Assembly (NCBI GenBank): GCA_963781885.1 | Contig: CAWAHW010000007.1 | Coordinates: 558,625 to 622,624 of the forward strand | Length of the DNA stretch: 64,000 bases | From: an uncultured Spirochaetota bacterium | GTDB taxonomy: Bacteria; Spirochaetota; Spirochaetia; SZUA-6; Fen-1364 | Direction: 5' to 3' | In this document: positions 59,966-64,000 of the stretch, piece after piece | Numbering within the stretch: the stretch's first letter is position 1 | Layout: each line of letters starts with the position of its first letter | Made by a program: the position numbers and the translations under genes | The notes under the pieces: generated by a model | Databases searched by the model: none | Told to the model about the DNA's origin: nothing | Seen by the model: only the letters and a program-made list of their open reading frames with translations

Positions 59966-61718
59966 GTGGAGATACAGCGAGTTGCTATGATCTACGCTCG
60001 AGTATCCGATCTGGAAGCGCACAAGGGTGAACGGGACGAAAAGCAGGTCAAGCGCGGGATCGCTTATGCCACCGACCACAAGCTGCCCTACCATATCTTT
60101 CGGCCTGCCAAAAACGAATCTGCAAGTGGTGACGACATGGAAGATCGGCCTTCGCTCCAGACTTGCCTAGATGCAATCCAGGAAGAGGTGCGGGGTGGTA
60201 AAGCTCCAGTGATGTGGGTAAGCAAGCTCGATCGCATATCGCGCCATGGTTATACAAGGGCTTGGGCCTATAGAATCCTCCAACGCAACAAGGTTCCGAT
60301 CGTCACAGGCGAGGGGGAGACCTACGATCTCAATAACCCATCCTCGAAGCTCCAAGCCGACCTAAAAGGCGATTTCGCAGAGTATGAGGCTTCCATAATC
60401 AAGGAGCGCTTGGGAGGGGAGGCACGCGCACTCAAGGCAGAAGGGGGAATGCCCTAGGACGAGCTTTGTACGGCTATAAACAAGGCCCGAAACGAGCCAA
60501 GGGCCGATTTCTTGTCACGACGTGGGAGCCCGAGCCGCGCGAATTGCACACTATCCGTAAGATGTATGACTGGCTCCTCAAGGGGTGTTCAATCAACGAA
60601 GTGATGCGGCGAGTCATCAAACTCGGGCTCATGGACCAAAAGCAGCTCGATAGCAAGGGCACCAAAATCCGCCGACTTTTTCAGCAGATTGCCTATACAG
60701 GCAACGTTTGGGCGGACAGGAAAGGGGGGGCGATAGTGCCAAGCAAGCACTATACCGAGAAGGTTGTCAGCCTTGAGGAATGGCATCGAGTGCAAAGCAT
60801 TCTCAAAGGGCGGAGGGTCGATCGGCAGGTGCGTTTCAGCGCTCACTACTGCTCAGGTCTCGTCAAGTGTGCACTATGTGGACAGTTCTACCATTACTAT
60901 GAAACAAGTGTCGACGGCGGACGCTACAAGTATTACAAGCACCAGGAGGCACCTTGGAAACCAAAGTGCCAAGGGCTGCCCAAGAACCTGCCTGTAGACT
61001 ACCTTCACTCGCTGGCCGAGATCACTTCCTCTACAGCATGATGTCTCGATTCGACATCACACTGATTTCCGAAGAGCTTCGGAGCAAGCTCACTTCACAG
61101 GAGGGAGAGATCGCGGAGTCAATTTCAGGGCTTGAGGAACAGCTCGCCGAGAATATCAAGAGGAAGAACAATCTTGTGGCGGTAATCGAGAAGGGCGGTG
61201 ACCCTATTTCTCTGGCCACACGCCTGAATGAGCTGACGATGCAGAGACACGAGATTGAGCAACTCATGATTGATCGAAGGAACGAGCTGATCGACAAGGA
61301 CGAAGAGACCAAGACGCTTGCGGCACGTACCTCCATCAGGGCGGTGGCAGGTTGGTTCGCTTCGAGTGCCCCCGAGAAGCGGGCACGTCTTCGCGACCTC
61401 ATGACGGCGCGGATGAAGATGGGTGAGATAGTCATCGTTACACGCGCGAATAGGCAATTCACATTCCCTGCAAAGAGGCCAGCAGAGACACCCCCTGAAT
61501 TGGTGGAAATACTGTCGGCGGCGCGTGATCTCGCACATCGCTCAACATCAGCCGACGCGCTCGTCGCGGAGATCCTTCTGGATCGAAGCTTGGAGCAACG
61601 TTTCGAAGCAAGGTTCCGAGTCATGGAAGCGCCAGTGCCAATCGACCTGATGGGCTTCCAGACCTATCCTGTTGCCCCAAAGTATTTCGATCTGAGGCCT
61701 CGCGAGGCGACGCAATGA
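59966..61718 (+). CDS. Large serine recombinase (integrase), split by indels near 60445 and 61025
   Basis: IYARVS catalytic Ser, SKLDRISR, AEYEASIIKER, ALYGY, YTG, VVSLEEWHRVQ, SGLVKCALCG zinc ribbon, coiled coil; about 580 aa when joined. Confidence 0.9.
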
Positions 61719-61906
61719 TGGATGCGAGGCAACCTGAAAACCGATGGCGGTTCGGAGAAGAACATTGCAGAAAGCGCTTAGAGCTTATCAATAGAGAAAT
61801 GGCCAACCTTTGTGAGAACTCCGTTATAGGTCGCTCGTTGAAAATCAATACTTATAGACTGCTACTTGGTACCCAGCACGAGACGGAATTGCTCCCCATG
61901 ATCTGA
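61715..61906 (+). CDS. Small hypothetical protein overlapping the recombinase stop
   Basis: ATGA overlap with the recombinase stop codon; no recognisable motif. Confidence 0.35.
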   Translation: MMDARQPENRWRFGEEHCRKRLELINREMANLCENSVIGRSLKINTYRLLLGTQHETELLPMI

Positions 61907-62149
61907 CATTCTCCAAGAATTAGTTGGTCCAGCTATTGGAGGACCTTTATTGAAGACTCAATTCAATAGGGGGGCTCCTTTCTTTTTTTTGGCGCTCGCA
62001 GTGGCGCCAAAGGACTGGATGGAGCGCGCATCGATATGCGCGCATAGGAGGATGGGTTGGATTGAACGCATCGAGTCGGCAGCGATCGCGGCTGCAGAGC
62101 ATTCATTCCCAATTGTGCCGAGCCAATTCGGCCTGATAGGAGGAGAAGC

Positions 62150-62482
62150 ATGGCAAGATATGATCTACGAGACGGATTCACCGCCTGGCGGTTTATGGAT
62201 TGGGTGGGCAGAGTCATGGCGGACTTCCAGAACGAGATGGAGTTCGTGAATCCAATCGCCGCGCAGCGATTTACGGCTTTGGAAGAAAGCCTCCTGCGAC
62301 TGCTCACAGACCTCGACGACCTTTGGATGTCGCTTGGAGAAGGGAGTGTGGACGCCACACCATCCACGCAAGCGGCCGACCACACGGGAAACGCAACCAA
62401 TGATGCGCCGTATCTCTTGCCCCCTGGCTGGCCACTCGACTATCCCCGAGGCCAAGGAGACGAGGAAGAAAGTGGCCCGTAG
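62150..62482 (+). CDS. Acidic hypothetical protein
   Basis: Strong AGGAGG RBS; 110-aa ORF with helical N-terminal half. Confidence 0.55.
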   Translation: MARYDLRDGFTAWRFMDWVGRVMADFQNEMEFVNPIAAQRFTALEESLLRLLTDLDDLWMSLGEGSVDATPSTQAADHTGNATNDAPYLLPPGWPLDYPRGQGDEEESGP

Positions 62483-62805
62483 AGCAGGAACTTTTCGCTG
62501 ATGCACCCTGGCGCTTGGAGCAGCCCAGAATAGATGGCCCAGAAAGGAGGGGTCAAAGATCATCGCCAACTGATTCCGAAGATGACTGTCGTCGGGACAG
62601 CAGGAGTCCGTATGGACCCCTGAAAATACGGGCGACGAGGACCGAAAGGATTGGTACCCCACAAGGTCCCCGCCGCCAGAAACGAGACTAACATGTTCAT
62701 AGTATGCCATAGCGCCGTCCGTCGGCAAGGCGACCGCGGCGCCGATGAACAGCACCGCCTTCGTGAGTGCGTCGCTCGTTGTCGCATCGCGACGATGAGG
62801 GTGCC

Positions 62806-64000
62806 ATGAGCGAAGTCGCTCTCGCGTTCCACGAAGAGCCCGATCGCAAGACACGCGATGTCACGCCCAAGTCCTCGAGGCGGCCAGCGACGCCAGGAAA
62901 GCGGAGGGCAGTGCGGCGAAAAGCATCGCGCGGTGCCCATGCGACATCCCCCGAGAGCGCGCGACCCGCAAGGAGCCGTGCCAAAGAAACTGCCACGCCA
63001 CCATCCGCGCTGCGCTACGAAAGCCTCGCGGTTCGCTACATCAAGAACTCGTTACCGTCCAACCCGCAAGACCTGACTCGATACATCATCATATCAAGTC
63101 ACCACTTGCGTGCGAAAATGGAGCAGCTCAAAGCACTCGCACGAATCGAAATGGGCAGCAAGATGTACTGGCAGACCCTGGCAGAAGGGCAGGTCTGTGG
63201 GGACGCTTCCTCTTCGCCCTTGAGTTGCTCGGCAACATCCTCGAGGAAGCCGAACTATCGAAAGGAGGTCGACCGAGCAAAACCAGTCCAAGCCAAGGAC
63301 GGGTTTTGACTTTGGAGCAAATGGGAATCCCTCGCCAACTGTCTTCGGATTGCCAACGCATCGCGAGGCATCCGTTCGAGCTTCGCACAACGATTATAGA
63401 TGCACGCCGCAAAGGTGATATTCCGACCAAGTCGTCGCTATTGTGGCTGATCGGTCTTCAGGAGAGGTTTCAGCCCGTTCCCTTCCCGCCCCTGCCTGAT
63501 GACTTGTTCGACGCCATTCTCGGAGACCCCGCTTGGCCATACGACTTCGCCACTAGGGGTAGGTCGATCGAAAGACACTACCCGACGGTGTTGTCCGATC
63601 GGATGAAGGATCTGGGTGAAAAGGTTCGCCGCCTCGCAGCTCGGAATTGCAGGCTATACCTCTGCGTTCCACCTCCGAAGCTATTCGATGCAGAGCCATT
63701 CATCGAGGCTTGTGGCTTCTCGTACAGGTCAAACTGGATATGGATCAAGGGAGGACGGAACCTCAAATGCAACGGCAACGTCGACCATGAACACATCCTC
63801 ATCTGCGGAAGGGGTGCGTCGGCTCCGAAGGTGCACGACACGGTATACAGAACATTAGCAGCGTGATCTACTCGCCAAAGGGAAACACTCCGAAAAACCA
63901 ACGGAGCTGTACGAGCGCTTCAAACTGCTACATCCAAATGGCCGATATCTGGATTTGTTCGGCGGCAAGCCGCGGGAGCGCTGGACGAGGTGGTGCCACG
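62806..64000 (+). CDS. Phage-type MT-A70 family N6-adenine methyltransferase with N-terminal extension; several indels; truncated by the window end
   Basis: GGRPSK..TLEQMGIPRQLSSDCQRIA linker; FDAILGDPAW, RHYPT, GFSYRSNWIWIK, HEHILICGRG, HSEKP, YLDLFG. Confidence 0.82.

Larger units (their letters stand above)
59922..64000. mobile_element. Integrated element (prophage, satellite or ICE-like) with a large serine recombinase at its end; continues beyond the window
   Basis: Abrupt GC and codon-usage drop at the recQ break; border recombinase; phage-type MT-A70 gene; orphan ORFs. Confidence 0.85.

Noticed and set aside
59777-60094. Minus-strand ORF crossing the junction as a replacement N-terminus for recQ
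   Set aside because: It is in a different frame from recQ, whose own frame has TAA TAA just upstream of the junction
62495-62660. Hammerhead-like ribozyme (CTGATG...GAAA)
   Set aside because: The core reads CTGATGC rather than CTGANGA and the flanking stems are not properly placed

Overview
High-GC bacterial chromosomal segment, probably from a free-living Spirochaetota-like organism. This is inferred from the FAxGxxE-type substrate-binding protein N-terminus, the tandem cNMP-domain protein and the hexokinase. Left to right it holds: an mgtA/PTS-IIA operon with a candidate leader-peptide attenuator; DHH and PHP phosphoesterases; a TolC-MacA-MacB pump with an LTxxQ protein and an OmpR-type two-component system; arfB; an aminotransferase/LysE/GcvR/hexokinase/rhamnose cluster; rpmB, sodA, a class III adenylate cyclase, an RNase II-family gene and an M28 peptidase; a sufT-C-B-D-Rieske-sufS-U operon running directly into 2-oxoacid dehydrogenase E1a/E1b/E2, headed by an IscR type-1-like palindrome; a three-gene StnABC-like (HydABC-family) electron-bifurcating oxidoreductase; and a YesMN/ABC/GH35 sugar locus. 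At about 59922 a lower-GC element begins inside recQ. It carries a large serine recombinase, tandem hairpins, orphan ORFs and an MT-A70 methyltransferase that runs off the window. About a dozen single-base frameshifts, many at homopolymer runs, suggest long-read consensus errors rather than true pseudogenes. No tRNA, rRNA or CRISPR array was recognised.
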